A stretch of DNA of 64,000 nucleotides, taken from UHGV virus genome UHGV-0343432; one strand, written 5' to 3'. A program made the position numbers and the translations under genes. The DNA comes from a virus. Of this stretch, positions 1-8,522 are shown piece after piece; the stretch's first letter is position 1, and the number at the start of each line of letters is the position of its first letter. Under the pieces are notes generated by a model. That model did not search any database. It was not told where the DNA came from and worked only from the letters and a program-made list of their open reading frames with translations.

Positions 1-2033
1 AATCTTTTACCGGTGTGCATGAGTAGGTTAGCATACTTAGAAGGATTTATTTTCCCCCTGAAATACGCTAACTCTTCCCCATGACGATTCATAACAGAAA
101 ATGCAGAATAGTCGTTGGCACGACCGATAGCAACGTCAGCACCGATGAAACATCTTTCACCGGGTTTAGCGAAACGTTTTATGTAGAGTCTACCATTTTG
201 TTCGATAGAAACGTAATCATCTGGATAAGGTAAGCATTCTTCTATCGCTCGTATGCAGTTCAAATCGAATACTGTAGCCCCTGAAGAAAGGAAGTCACCG
301 TCAATCTCCTGTGCAGTTCTTCTTGGTCCAAGAGATTTACTCATAGAGCTATACCACTCATCATCTCGTTCGGGGTGCATTTGCCAATACAACCTGATAG
401 GATTGAAGTAACTATCCCCATTCTTGGCATCAACCCATTGTTTGTGGAAGAAATTTCCAATTCCCATCGGCGTGTTATGGTTGATATACAGCGAGTTACA
501 TATATAGGATTGATCCTCTTCAACTGAAATATCATAAATGTTTTCATAAGTCACATTTACTAATTTCAGCTTAGATATATTTACCTTAGTTACTCTTTTA
601 TTGTTTATAACCCTACTAACATAAGATTTATTTACCCTCAACCCCAACTCACCCTCAATCTCTTTTATGATTATTTTTGACGAACCATAAGAATTCCCAT
701 ACTTTTGATACTTCTCTTTTATCTTACCTATCAATAAGATATCTGGAAATTTATCACCTACACTTGGACAAACTTTAAATGTGGGGGAAAGGTTTACTGC
801 TCTCTTAGTATTTTCTGATTGAGAAATTATCTGCAAATTAGTTGAGTAGTTGTGACTCTTATCTCCATCTATATGATCTACTACGTAACCCTCTGGTATA
901 TCACCTATAAATAATTGAGCTACCAATCTAGATAACATATAATTTTTACTTTCTCCTCTATCCCAAAGTTTTACTCTATAATATCCAGAATTATTTATTC
1001 TTGCTTCTTTCTCTATCAGAGAATCACCATCCTTTATATATAACTTACCCCAGTTAGATAACATATATTTTGGATAACCAGGTATATTCTTGAATATCTC
1101 AATACTTGGTTTCTCAGTTTTCTCGTTCTCTAATTTCTTAAAGCCAGTATCGAAAGTGATTATATTTAACCCTTCTCTAACTATTCTACCAACTGATCTC
1201 CAACCTTGTGTTGTGTATAACTTGTGAGCTGGTGTACATCTCAACTTATTACCATACTCATCCTCTACTTCCCAGGTCTTAAGCACTCCCTTGTTCACTG
1301 AATGGGTTACCTTTCTCCAATTACCAGTATGTGATAATACCTCTATCCCCAAATAAGATATGTCCTGTATCCCCATTTCTTTTGGGCAAACAGTATCTAT
1401 TCTCAATGGCCCATTCTTTGTAACTATCTCTGTATCACCAGTTACGCAAGAGTTAAGGATAGCACTACCCCCAGTTGATAGAGTTGGGAATGCTGCTGCC
1501 CAAATCCTATCTGCCCATCTAACGATTGCAGCCTCGTCTATCACAAGTAAGGAAACTGCCTCTGAACGACCAGCTTCCTCTGTTGTTGGTACTGAAGTTA
1601 TTGAGGACCCATTCACAAACTCAAGTACTGTAGCAGTACCAAAAGAATCTCCACGTGTTTGAGTTACAGGTGTTTTCAACCATTCAGGAAGGTTTTTGTA
1701 CATGTACTTAATCCTTTTCAGAACTCGTTTAGCAACCATATCCTTGATTGAGATAATCTGGATGTTCTTGTTGTCGTTAAACATAGCCAACCATAAGCAA
1801 AACAGAGCGATAAGCTCAGTTAAACCTGCCTGACGAAATTTAAGGATTATGTTGAACCTGTAGTTTAGAAAATCCCAAAGAACTGCTCTCTGGTATTCGT
1901 AGAGGTTGAATTTCACTTTCCCCCTTACAGGATGGATGATATACACGAAATTTGCAAAGTAAAACGGATTTACTTTGCATTGCCGATACATATCGAATTG
2001 TGCTCTATCTAGGGTTACTATCTTTTTCTCCAT
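1..2033 (-). CDS. terL: terminase large subunit, N-terminal portion (continues beyond window start), interrupted by an intein
   Basis: Manual minus-strand translation from ATG at 2033 (in-frame TAG immediately upstream) is open to position 1; missing from ORF track because no in-window stop. MEKKIVTLDRAQFDMYRQ..., Walker-A-like KFRQAGLTE, Walker B LLVIDEAA, ATPase coupling motif N-S|T-P reconstituted after intein excision. Confidence 0.6.
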   Translation of the reverse strand, partial: MEKKIVTLDRAQFDMYRQCKVNPFYFANFVYIIHPVRGKVKFNLYEYQRAVLWDFLNYRFNIILKFRQAGLTELIALFCLWLAMFNDNKNIQIISIKDMVAKRVLKRIKYMYKNLPEWLKTPVTQTRGDSFGTATVLEFVNGSSITSVPTTEEAGRSEAVSLLVIDEAAIVRWADRIWAAAFPTLSTGGSAILNSCVTGDTEIVTKNGPLRIDTVCPKEMGIQDISYLGIEVLSHTGNWRKVTHSVNKGVLKTWEVEDEYGNKLRCTPAHKLYTTQGWRSVGRIVREGLNIITFDTGFKKLENEKTEKPSIEIFKNIPGYPKYMLSNWGKLYIKDGDSLIEKEARINNSGYYRVKLWDRGESKNYMLSRLVAQLFIGDIPEGYVVDHIDGDKSHNYSTNLQIISQSENTKRAVNLSPTFKVCPSVGDKFPDILLIGKIKEKYQKYGNSYGSSKIIIKEIEGELGLRVNKSYVSRVINNKRVTKVNISKLKLVNVTYENIYDISVEEDQSYICNSLYINHNTPMGIGNFFHKQWVDAKNGDSYFNPIRLYWQMHPERDDEWYSSMSKSLGPRRTAQEIDGDFLSSGATVFDLNCIRAIEECLPYPDDYVSIEQNGRLYIKRFAKPGERCFIGADVAIGRANDYSAFSVMNRHGEELAYFRGKINPSKYANLLMHTGKR
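474..1448 (-). mobile_element. intein (325 aa) with HNH_3 homing endonuclease domain inserted in TerL ATPase coupling motif
   Basis: Starts CVTGDTEIV (Hint block A), block B VLSHTGNWRKVTHS, HNH motif MLSRLVAQLFIGDIPEGYVVDHIDGDKSHNYSTNLQIISQSENTKRA, ends ...YINHN followed by +1 Thr (TPMG). Confidence 0.6.
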
Positions 2034-2704
2034 ATCCTAAACTTTAACCCAACCTCTAATCTGGGTCGTTCATCGAATAATAGAACCTCAGAAGCTCTGA
2101 AGAACGCATACTTGTTGGATGAAAACTGAAAATCAAGCTGGTATTCTCCAAAAGGCTTTTCACGTAAAAAATCAAAACCAACCGAAAAATAGTGAGAAAG
2201 CCTTTGCTCCTGAGGTTTGTATTTTGTTTTCGAATATCCTAACCTTCCTTCTGCCCAATGATAATTGTAATCCTGGTAAAACAGGCTGTAATGTTCCGAG
2301 TAAACTGAACCATCAATCCCAAGTAGTGATAGGTTCAATGAATCTCTGAATAAACTCATCTCAACCAGCTTTGGGTTTTGGGGATAGAGTTTTAGGAAAT
2401 TCTCCGAGATTTGAATCTTTTCCTGAAGTCCCTCAATTACGAAACTGTAATGAAGGCTATCCTGGATAATTCTGAGTTCCAATTCCTTCAACCTGGATGA
2501 ATCTGTTTGGTAAATCATCACTCTTTCTGGTTTCAGTGTATCTCTGATAACCTGAATCTCGGGATAAGGTTTTGAAATGTAAACCGTATCTGTAACCACC
2601 TTGATATGTGGGTTCGGTTTCTCAGGTTTGTTTGACCTGAATCCGAGATAGAAGGTGAGAGATAAAATCCCGATGAGTGATATGACTTTGAGTGTTGTGT
2701 TCAT
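2018..2704 (-). CDS. hypothetical protein with N-terminal hydrophobic signal/anchor
   Basis: ORF track; MNTTLKVISLIGILSLTFYLGF hydrophobic N-terminus; overlaps terL start by 16 nt. Confidence 0.35.
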   Translation of the reverse strand: MNTTLKVISLIGILSLTFYLGFRSNKPEKPNPHIKVVTDTVYISKPYPEIQVIRDTLKPERVMIYQTDSSRLKELELRIIQDSLHYSFVIEGLQEKIQISENFLKLYPQNPKLVEMSLFRDSLNLSLLGIDGSVYSEHYSLFYQDYNYHWAEGRLGYSKTKYKPQEQRLSHYFSVGFDFLREKPFGEYQLDFQFSSNKYAFFRASEVLLFDERPRLEVGLKFRIWRKR

Positions 2705-2960
2705 CCAGTTGAATTTGTTGGTTTGAGTGAAATAGAACCTTAGAAGTTCATGGGTTGTTAAAATCTGTTAAATTCAGCTATTCGGATGGTCATTTCAATG
2801 AACAACGTATCTAACTTATTGGAAATTAAGGAGTTAAGTTCCTTTTTACGGACTTAATCTTTAGATTAAGTTTGTAAAAATTCTCTAATAGGTTATAGGA
2901 TAGAGAATAAGCTCTAAAAATTAAACCCTAAATTAACCCCCTATAATCCCCCTAATAAAG

Positions 2961-2980
2961 GTCCCTTAATAAAAAGGGAT
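2961..2980 (-). terminator. weak hairpin downstream of methyltransferase gene
   Basis: GTCCCTT-AATAAA-AAGGGAT stem-loop just after stop at 2994; modest T-rich tail on minus strand. Confidence 0.3.
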
Positions 2981-2993
2981 TAGGATTCTGTAA

Positions 2994-4037
2994 CTACTTG
3001 ATATTCAATTTCTTATGTTCATAAATCCACTTAAGGGCCCATAACATCCATAACCCTACCTCATAGGGTGGACATTTTGTGGCAGTGGTTCTGCCTTTAT
3101 TGATCCAATACCCAATGTCCTTGTTCATTCTGCCATAGTAGGCTACTATCTTAAAGTTATCTGGAATTCCCTGAATTCTGGCCAGTTCTCGTGGGCTCAT
3201 CTGTATACCATCTGGATTGAATTGTCTGTTTGTTTTTCTAGCCACTTGCGGATATTCATTCGGAAGGTTTCTGTATACACCTGGTGCTGTTGTATACTTC
3301 CTATTTTTGGCTATAAACCTTTTCTGATTTGGGTCAGAGTCCCAGTATTTTTTGATTCTTTCTAAGGTCATTTTCTTACCAGCATAGATTGTTATTTTTG
3401 TGTTTATGTTTTCTGTCACATGACCAAACCTGTAATGGTAGTTTTTGATAGTCAAACCAGAGAGTAATTGTTTGGTAGTTTTTAGCTTATATTTTTTAGG
3501 TTTGGTTATATGTTTCCATATTAGCTTATGGTTGACCTTGAAGTCTTTACGTATCCCCATAACTATTAATCGAACTCTACCTACCTGAGAGTTTCCGAAG
3601 AATGTGACAGATGTCACTAGAAAGTGTAAATGGTAATCTTTCTTTAACCATCCAATTGACTTAATATAAGGCATAGCTTTTGGAAGATTTTCCATGAAAA
3701 AAATCTCTGGTTTTGATTCTCTTACTTGATTAAAAAATAGGTTGAATGAATCATTCTCTAACGGGTCAGAGAATTTCTTGGATCTAGTTAAAGCCATCAT
3801 TGATGATGAACCGCAATCTGGGGCACCTATTATTACATTGGCTGGCACAACTTCTGATGGTTGTAGGTGAGAATATAACTTTTTCCTTTTACCAAAGTTA
3901 GCCCTCCATTGTAAGTTATTAGGTGTATAAAATACTGCTCTTGGTTCTATGTTGGCTGTTAAGTATTCTTTCATAGAGTATAGCCAAGAACCATTACCCC
4001 CACATACAGCTAAAATTTTGAATCTTTCCTGTTTCAT
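2994..4037 (-). CDS. putative DNA (cytosine-5)-methyltransferase-like protein
   Basis: Motif order and spacing resemble C5-MTases: ILAVCGGNGS (motif I-like), IIGAPDCGSSS (PC motif IV-like), FFMENLP (ENV motif VI-like). Confidence 0.45.
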   Translation of the reverse strand: MKQERFKILAVCGGNGSWLYSMKEYLTANIEPRAVFYTPNNLQWRANFGKRKKLYSHLQPSEVVPANVIIGAPDCGSSSMMALTRSKKFSDPLENDSFNLFFNQVRESKPEIFFMENLPKAMPYIKSIGWLKKDYHLHFLVTSVTFFGNSQVGRVRLIVMGIRKDFKVNHKLIWKHITKPKKYKLKTTKQLLSGLTIKNYHYRFGHVTENINTKITIYAGKKMTLERIKKYWDSDPNQKRFIAKNRKYTTAPGVYRNLPNEYPQVARKTNRQFNPDGIQMSPRELARIQGIPDNFKIVAYYGRMNKDIGYWINKGRTTATKCPPYEVGLWMLWALKWIYEHKKLNIK

Positions 4038-4219
4038 GTTGTTAAGTTTTTATTTTGCAATAGTTGGTATTGCCATTCGTGAAATTTGGACACGAAAGTA
4101 TTGAATCTAGAAGCTTTTTAACTCGTTTGAGTAATGAAATTACATTGGCCATAAAAGTATCAAACTAGATATCTCATTCTAACCTGGTTCTATTATCCTT
4201 AAAATTTAATCATTATGAT

Positions 4220-4618
4220 ATGGAAGAAGCAGAATTTAAGTTTTTAAAAACACGACAACAGTTAGTTGATTTCTTCGAGAATCTCCCGAGAATGTTATAC
4301 GTGAAACTGGGTAATGATAAAATGTTAACCCTCCACTCCTACAAGTTTGCCAGATTAATCCTCTTCTCAATGGGTCAAGAGATGCATAGAGATGGGAAAT
4401 TAGATTTGTTATCTATCACAAAGTTAACTCGGATGTACTCCAACGATTTTCTCAGTGAGAGAGAAAAAGGGGGTTATCTAATGAGTGATAACGAAATCGA
4501 TTTCACTGAAGAATTGGTTTCTCTTTTCTCTTTAGAGATTCTGAAAGCCCAAGTATATGCAAGTAGGGTTTATATAATCCTATGTAACGAGTTAACCCTA
4601 GAAGTTTTATTCCAATGA
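4220..4618 (+). CDS. hypothetical protein
   Basis: ORF track; first gene of plus-strand cluster, ATGA-coupled to next ORF. Confidence 0.35.
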   Translation: MEEAEFKFLKTRQQLVDFFENLPRMLYVKLGNDKMLTLHSYKFARLILFSMGQEMHRDGKLDLLSITKLTRMYSNDFLSEREKGGYLMSDNEIDFTEELVSLFSLEILKAQVYASRVYIILCNELTLEVLFQ

Positions 4619-5166
4619 GAAAGAGTAATGATAAAAGGATGTATGAACCTCATGTGAAGGTTTTACAGTACATCATGGAGAGGGATAGAGATATTTACTG
4701 TGATTTCGTTCTCCCATCATGTACAGCTCACAAATTGGAGAATCTGGAAAGAGTTGATTTCAGTATAACTGGGATAAGGGTTATAGATGAAGTTTATAAC
4801 TGGGAAGATTATGTCGGTAGTGATGGAGAGATACATATATCAAGCCCACTCTACGTGGAAACTATTGGAGAATATAACAACTATTTAAGGAAGATAAACA
4901 AATTAAATATGGTTAATTACGAGAAAGGGGATTTAAAACCCATAATTTTTGAAGGAGCTAACAAGATTTTACAAGGGACAGACAAAGACACTGAACCCTT
5001 ACACGTTTACAATAACCAAGATACTTCAGTATCTTGCTGGAAGTTATCATTGAGAGATATACTTAGGATGTTATTCAGACCTAAGCAAAGATTTATTTGG
5101 ATGGGGATTAAATCAGGACCTTCTCAGCCACCAGTCTGGCTTACCACACGCTACCCATTCAAATAA
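4615..5166 (+). CDS. hypothetical protein
   Basis: ORF track; followed by clear terminator. Confidence 0.35.
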   Translation: MRKSNDKRMYEPHVKVLQYIMERDRDIYCDFVLPSCTAHKLENLERVDFSITGIRVIDEVYNWEDYVGSDGEIHISSPLYVETIGEYNNYLRKINKLNMVNYEKGDLKPIIFEGANKILQGTDKDTEPLHVYNNQDTSVSCWKLSLRDILRMLFRPKQRFIWMGIKSGPSQPPVWLTTRYPFK

Positions 5167-5188
5167 TCACTCATAATGTTTAGATTTT

Positions 5189-5223
5189 ACCCTAGCCTGG
5201 TTGTATGGCTAGGGTTTTTCTTT
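5189..5223 (+). terminator. rho-independent terminator
   Basis: ACCCTAGCC-tggttgtat-GGCTAGGGT followed by TTTTCTTT. Confidence 0.65.
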
Positions 5224-5251
5224 GCAAGAACTAATTTAAAATAAATAAGTT

Positions 5252-5692
5252 ATGGAAATTCCAAAGAACCTAAGATGGTATTATGACCAAGTAACAAACA
5301 ACCTTGACCAATTGAAAGCGTTGAAGTTGAAAGAGAAACAGATAAGGAAAGAGAAAGTGGGAGTTGAAGTTAAGTGTTGTAAATGTGGTAAGTCAGTAAA
5401 ACTGGTTTTCACAGTTGCTGAATGGGCAGCTTACCTATCTACTCAGAAAAAGTTGATTGAAGAGAAAGGGTTAGTGATGAGTAATGGAGATGTGGTAAGG
5501 ATGTTCAGATACAAGAACATGAGATTTTTGAAACACCTATTCCTTGAATGTTGTTCAGCCTGTTTACAAGAAGAGGAAAGGATACAGGTAGATGGTTTGA
5601 TGTCAGTTGAGAATAACATCAAACTAATTCTCGGAACCTATGAAAAAGGAAAAGAAGAATACGAGAGATCACCCCTTACAAGTTTATTGTAA
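5252..5692 (+). CDS. zinc-ribbon protein (CxxC...CxxC)
   Basis: VKCCKCGKSVKL ... LECCSACLQ; paralogous to next ORF. Confidence 0.4.
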   Translation: MEIPKNLRWYYDQVTNNLDQLKALKLKEKQIRKEKVGVEVKCCKCGKSVKLVFTVAEWAAYLSTQKKLIEEKGLVMSNGDVVRMFRYKNMRFLKHLFLECCSACLQEEERIQVDGLMSVENNIKLILGTYEKGKEEYERSPLTSLL

Positions 5693-5882
5693 AACTTGCG
5701 GTAAGTTGGTTGTAGAGGTAGAAGCTGATTGGTACCAGTTTAATTGGTATTACGCTCCCAAGGAGATTAGACCTCCATTAAGAGAACTGTTCCCTGGTAT
5801 AACTCATGAACAGTTTCTCGGTTTAAAATATAGGAAGTGCAGTGAATGTAGGAAACTTAAGAAACAAGGGATTTGCATTTAG
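5640..5882 (+). CDS. zinc-ribbon protein paralog
   Basis: YCKTCGKLVVEV ... KCSECRK; overlaps previous ORF by 53 nt in another frame. Confidence 0.35.
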   Translation: MKKEKKNTRDHPLQVYCKTCGKLVVEVEADWYQFNWYYAPKEIRPPLRELFPGITHEQFLGLKYRKCSECRKLKKQGICI

Positions 5883-5925
5883 TAATTTGGGATATTATAT
5901 TTGCATATAATTAAAATATAAAAAT

Positions 5926-6183
5926 ATGGTATTAAGAGCTTTACTAAAATTGTTTATCGTTATCCCAGTTTTATTCACAGTTAAGTGGTGGTACAGGGGG
6001 TTAAATTTATTCGTTTATATTGGTTGTGGTATTACATTCAGTTTTGCAAGGATTTCAAACAGGTTGGATTTGTTGGAGTATGGTTGGTTTAAAACGTTAA
6101 CCGAATGGGTGGGGTTCACGATTTACATGGGAGTTCATGTACTATGGATTTATTCAATCAGGGAATTAATAATTAAAATCTAA
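5926..6183 (+). CDS. small membrane protein
   Basis: two hydrophobic segments. Confidence 0.35.
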   Translation: MVLRALLKLFIVIPVLFTVKWWYRGLNLFVYIGCGITFSFARISNRLDLLEYGWFKTLTEWVGFTIYMGVHVLWIYSIRELIIKI

Positions 6184-6187
6184 AGAT

Positions 6188-6406
6188 ATGAGAAGAGTTA
6201 GTTATTTAGTATTATTGGTTTTGTCCATAGCTTTATGTAGCATACTATCCTCTTGTAATGAATGTCAAGGGAATAGGAGATTTATAGAGATACCAGCTAA
6301 GATAGAATTCATTAGCTGTAGTGGTATAACTTATGCTTATATAGTTCATTATGAAGGTAAAAAGTACATGATGAACACTAATGGTGGGATACTTGAAATT
6401 AAATAG
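6188..6406 (+). CDS. small secreted/lipoprotein-like protein
   Basis: MRRVSYLVLLVLSIALCSILSSC signal with lipobox-like Cys. Confidence 0.35.
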   Translation: MRRVSYLVLLVLSIALCSILSSCNECQGNRRFIEIPAKIEFISCSGITYAYIVHYEGKKYMMNTNGGILEIK

Positions 6407-6415
6407 ATAAGTGAT

Positions 6416-6724
6416 ATGGCAGATTCATTTGAAGAGAGAGTAAAAAGTATAGAGAAAAGGTTGAGAGATGGTGATAGAGTCATCTCTCACCAGAATAGGT
6501 TATACCAAGAGTTAGAAAGTGGTGATAGGTTAATGGCTAAAGATTTAATCATTAACGTTAATCCCTATGTTATCAACACTTTACTGGTTGATAAGGTTAC
6601 ACCCACTAACGCTTATGCAAGGGGGACCAAATACCCCACAACGTATGACCGAAAGAATTTTAGGCCCAGAAAGGAATATAGTGGGTTTAACAAGTATTAC
6701 GTAGTAAGAAAGATAGAAGAATGA
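6416..6724 (+). CDS. hypothetical protein
   Basis: ORF track; ATGA overlap with thyA. Confidence 0.35.
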   Translation: MADSFEERVKSIEKRLRDGDRVISHQNRLYQELESGDRLMAKDLIINVNPYVINTLLVDKVTPTNAYARGTKYPTTYDRKNFRPRKEYSGFNKYYVVRKIEE

Positions 6725-7758
6725 AAGAGTATTTAGATTTATTGAGAAAAGTTCACGACCAAGGTTCATACAGAGGCCCTGCTCGTGATGGTATGCCTAG
6801 TTCTCAGAACCTTTTCGGTGAGATGATTGAGATTGATCTTAGGAAAGGGTTTCCATTACTGACAACCAAGAAGATGGCTTGGAATGCAATAGTTACAGAG
6901 TTGTTATGGTTTTTGAGAGGAGAACCAAACCTTAGGTACCTGTGGAAGTATAACGTACATATCTGGGACCAAGATGCTTACAGGTTCTATAAAAGGAGGT
7001 CTGAACAAGCTGGTGTTAAGGATAGTTTAATATTGAGTTTTCCTGAGTGGTTGAAAAAGCTGGATAGGATGAGAAATGGAGCTTACTGGGAGAGAAATGG
7101 TGATTTTGATAAGATGACCTTCATGGGAGCTGTTTACCCGGTTCAATGGAGGGGTACTTTCATATTCGGTGCTCCAGCACACTCAGACCAAATCAATTAC
7201 ATGATTCAAAATATTAGGAATAATCCCCTAAGTAGATACCATATAGTTAGTGCCTGGAATCCCATGGATATTCAATTGAACCAGGATACTCCTATAATGG
7301 CTTTACCATGTTGTCACATGAGTCACCAAATCTTGGTTGACAATGATACAAAAGAGTTTGATATGCTCATGTACCAAAGGAGTGCAGATATATTCTTGGG
7401 GGTACCGTTTAACATAGCTAGTTATGCTTTGCTATGTAGATTCTATGGTATGATGACTGGATATAAACCTCGCTATCTCAAAATGATTTTTGGAAGCGTT
7501 GATTTATATGAGACTCATTTCTCTCAAGCAAGAATACAACTGAGTAGAGATCATAGGCCATTACCTAAAATAGAAATATATTTAGATGAAGGTAGGTTAT
7601 CTATACACCATGATATGGTAGAAAAGTATAACATAACTGGTAAAAGTGAGGATTTGACCAACATCATTAAGTGCCACAAACCTTCTGATTTCAGGTTAAT
7701 AGATTATGACCCACACCCTGTAATAAAAGGGAAGCTAGATACAGGTTTGGGGATCTAA
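6721..7758 (+). CDS. thyA: thymidylate synthase (ThyA family, with ~60-aa insertion)
   Basis: GFPLLTTKK, ELLWFLRGEPN, HIVSAWNP, MALPCCH (catalytic Cys), YQRSADIFLGVPFNIASYALL with Asn at the uracil-specifying position, DPHPVIKG. Confidence 0.8.
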   Translation: MKEYLDLLRKVHDQGSYRGPARDGMPSSQNLFGEMIEIDLRKGFPLLTTKKMAWNAIVTELLWFLRGEPNLRYLWKYNVHIWDQDAYRFYKRRSEQAGVKDSLILSFPEWLKKLDRMRNGAYWERNGDFDKMTFMGAVYPVQWRGTFIFGAPAHSDQINYMIQNIRNNPLSRYHIVSAWNPMDIQLNQDTPIMALPCCHMSHQILVDNDTKEFDMLMYQRSADIFLGVPFNIASYALLCRFYGMMTGYKPRYLKMIFGSVDLYETHFSQARIQLSRDHRPLPKIEIYLDEGRLSIHHDMVEKYNITGKSEDLTNIIKCHKPSDFRLIDYDPHPVIKGKLDTGLGI

Positions 7759-7843
7759 TTTAGTATGTTATAGAGACAATCGTTATTTTATACTGTATCA
7801 GTTAGAACAACACATTTTAAGTTCAATTCTTTTAAGAACAACA

Positions 7844-7880
7844 AAGGGGACCGTCGAGATGACAGACCCCTTCTTTTTTG
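7844..7880. terminator. bidirectional terminator between convergent genes
   Basis: AAGGGGACCGTC-gagat-GACAGACCCCTT imperfect stem followed by TTCTTTTTTG on plus strand, T-rich on minus strand. Confidence 0.45.
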
Positions 7881-7883
7881 TGA

Positions 7884-8324
7884 TTAAGATAATCTTTTCC
7901 ACCAACCGAAAGTCTCATACTGTCTTTGTAAGCTACATGGTTTATCCCACGTTTCTTGGATCCAGTATGCTTGTCTTTCGAACCCAACTTTCCTATAAGC
8001 TTTATCAACTCCTTCTTTAATAATCCAATACAACCACTCCACTAAGTAAATGATATAGTAAAGAGTGAATGGTACAAGGATTAATAACAACATCCACCAA
8101 CTCTGAATCTCAAAGGCGAATAGAATAAAAGTGACCAAGATTCCTATACCTAACCCAAGACCCACACAATCTTTGTATTGTTGGACATGACACCATTCAT
8201 GTCTTATACACCGCCCATTGAGTGAAGAGTGCTCAGTGATAACGAATCCGAATAACATCATGGTAGCAAATCCATTTAGAAAAGTAAGGACCTTAGCTAA
8301 ACCCGAGTTATAGTAAATCTTCAT
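7884..8324 (-). CDS. polytopic membrane protein with HExxH motif (putative metallopeptidase-like)
   Basis: RHEWCHVQQ followed by multiple TM helices. Confidence 0.4.
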   Translation of the reverse strand: MKIYYNSGLAKVLTFLNGFATMMLFGFVITEHSSLNGRCIRHEWCHVQQYKDCVGLGLGIGILVTFILFAFEIQSWWMLLLILVPFTLYYIIYLVEWLYWIIKEGVDKAYRKVGFERQAYWIQETWDKPCSLQRQYETFGWWKRLS

Positions 8325-8326
8325 AA

Positions 8327-8509
8327 CTATTGTTTTACGGGTTTGATGTACTTGTCATAGAACATCTTTGCCCACCAACCAACCACTACTCCTGCTGAGA
8401 ACGATACCAAAGCATTAATTGATACCCAGAAAGGAGCACACTTTACAAACACTAAAGCTACGATTACGATAGCTGCTACCACAACCCAAAATAAAATTTT
8501 CTTTTTCAT
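8327..8509 (-). CDS. small two-TM membrane protein (holin-like)
   Basis: 60 aa, two hydrophobic helices, charged C-terminus. Confidence 0.35.
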   Translation of the reverse strand: MKKKILFWVVVAAIVIVALVFVKCAPFWVSINALVSFSAGVVVGWWAKMFYDKYIKPVKQ

Positions 8510-8522
8510 GATAAGAATTTAT

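Noticed and set aside
341-547. 68-aa ORF in the track, plus the plus-strand 100-aa ORF at 1360..1662
   Set aside because: Both lie inside the continuous TerL-plus-intein reading frame (different frame or antisense). The true gene is not listed because it runs off the window edge.
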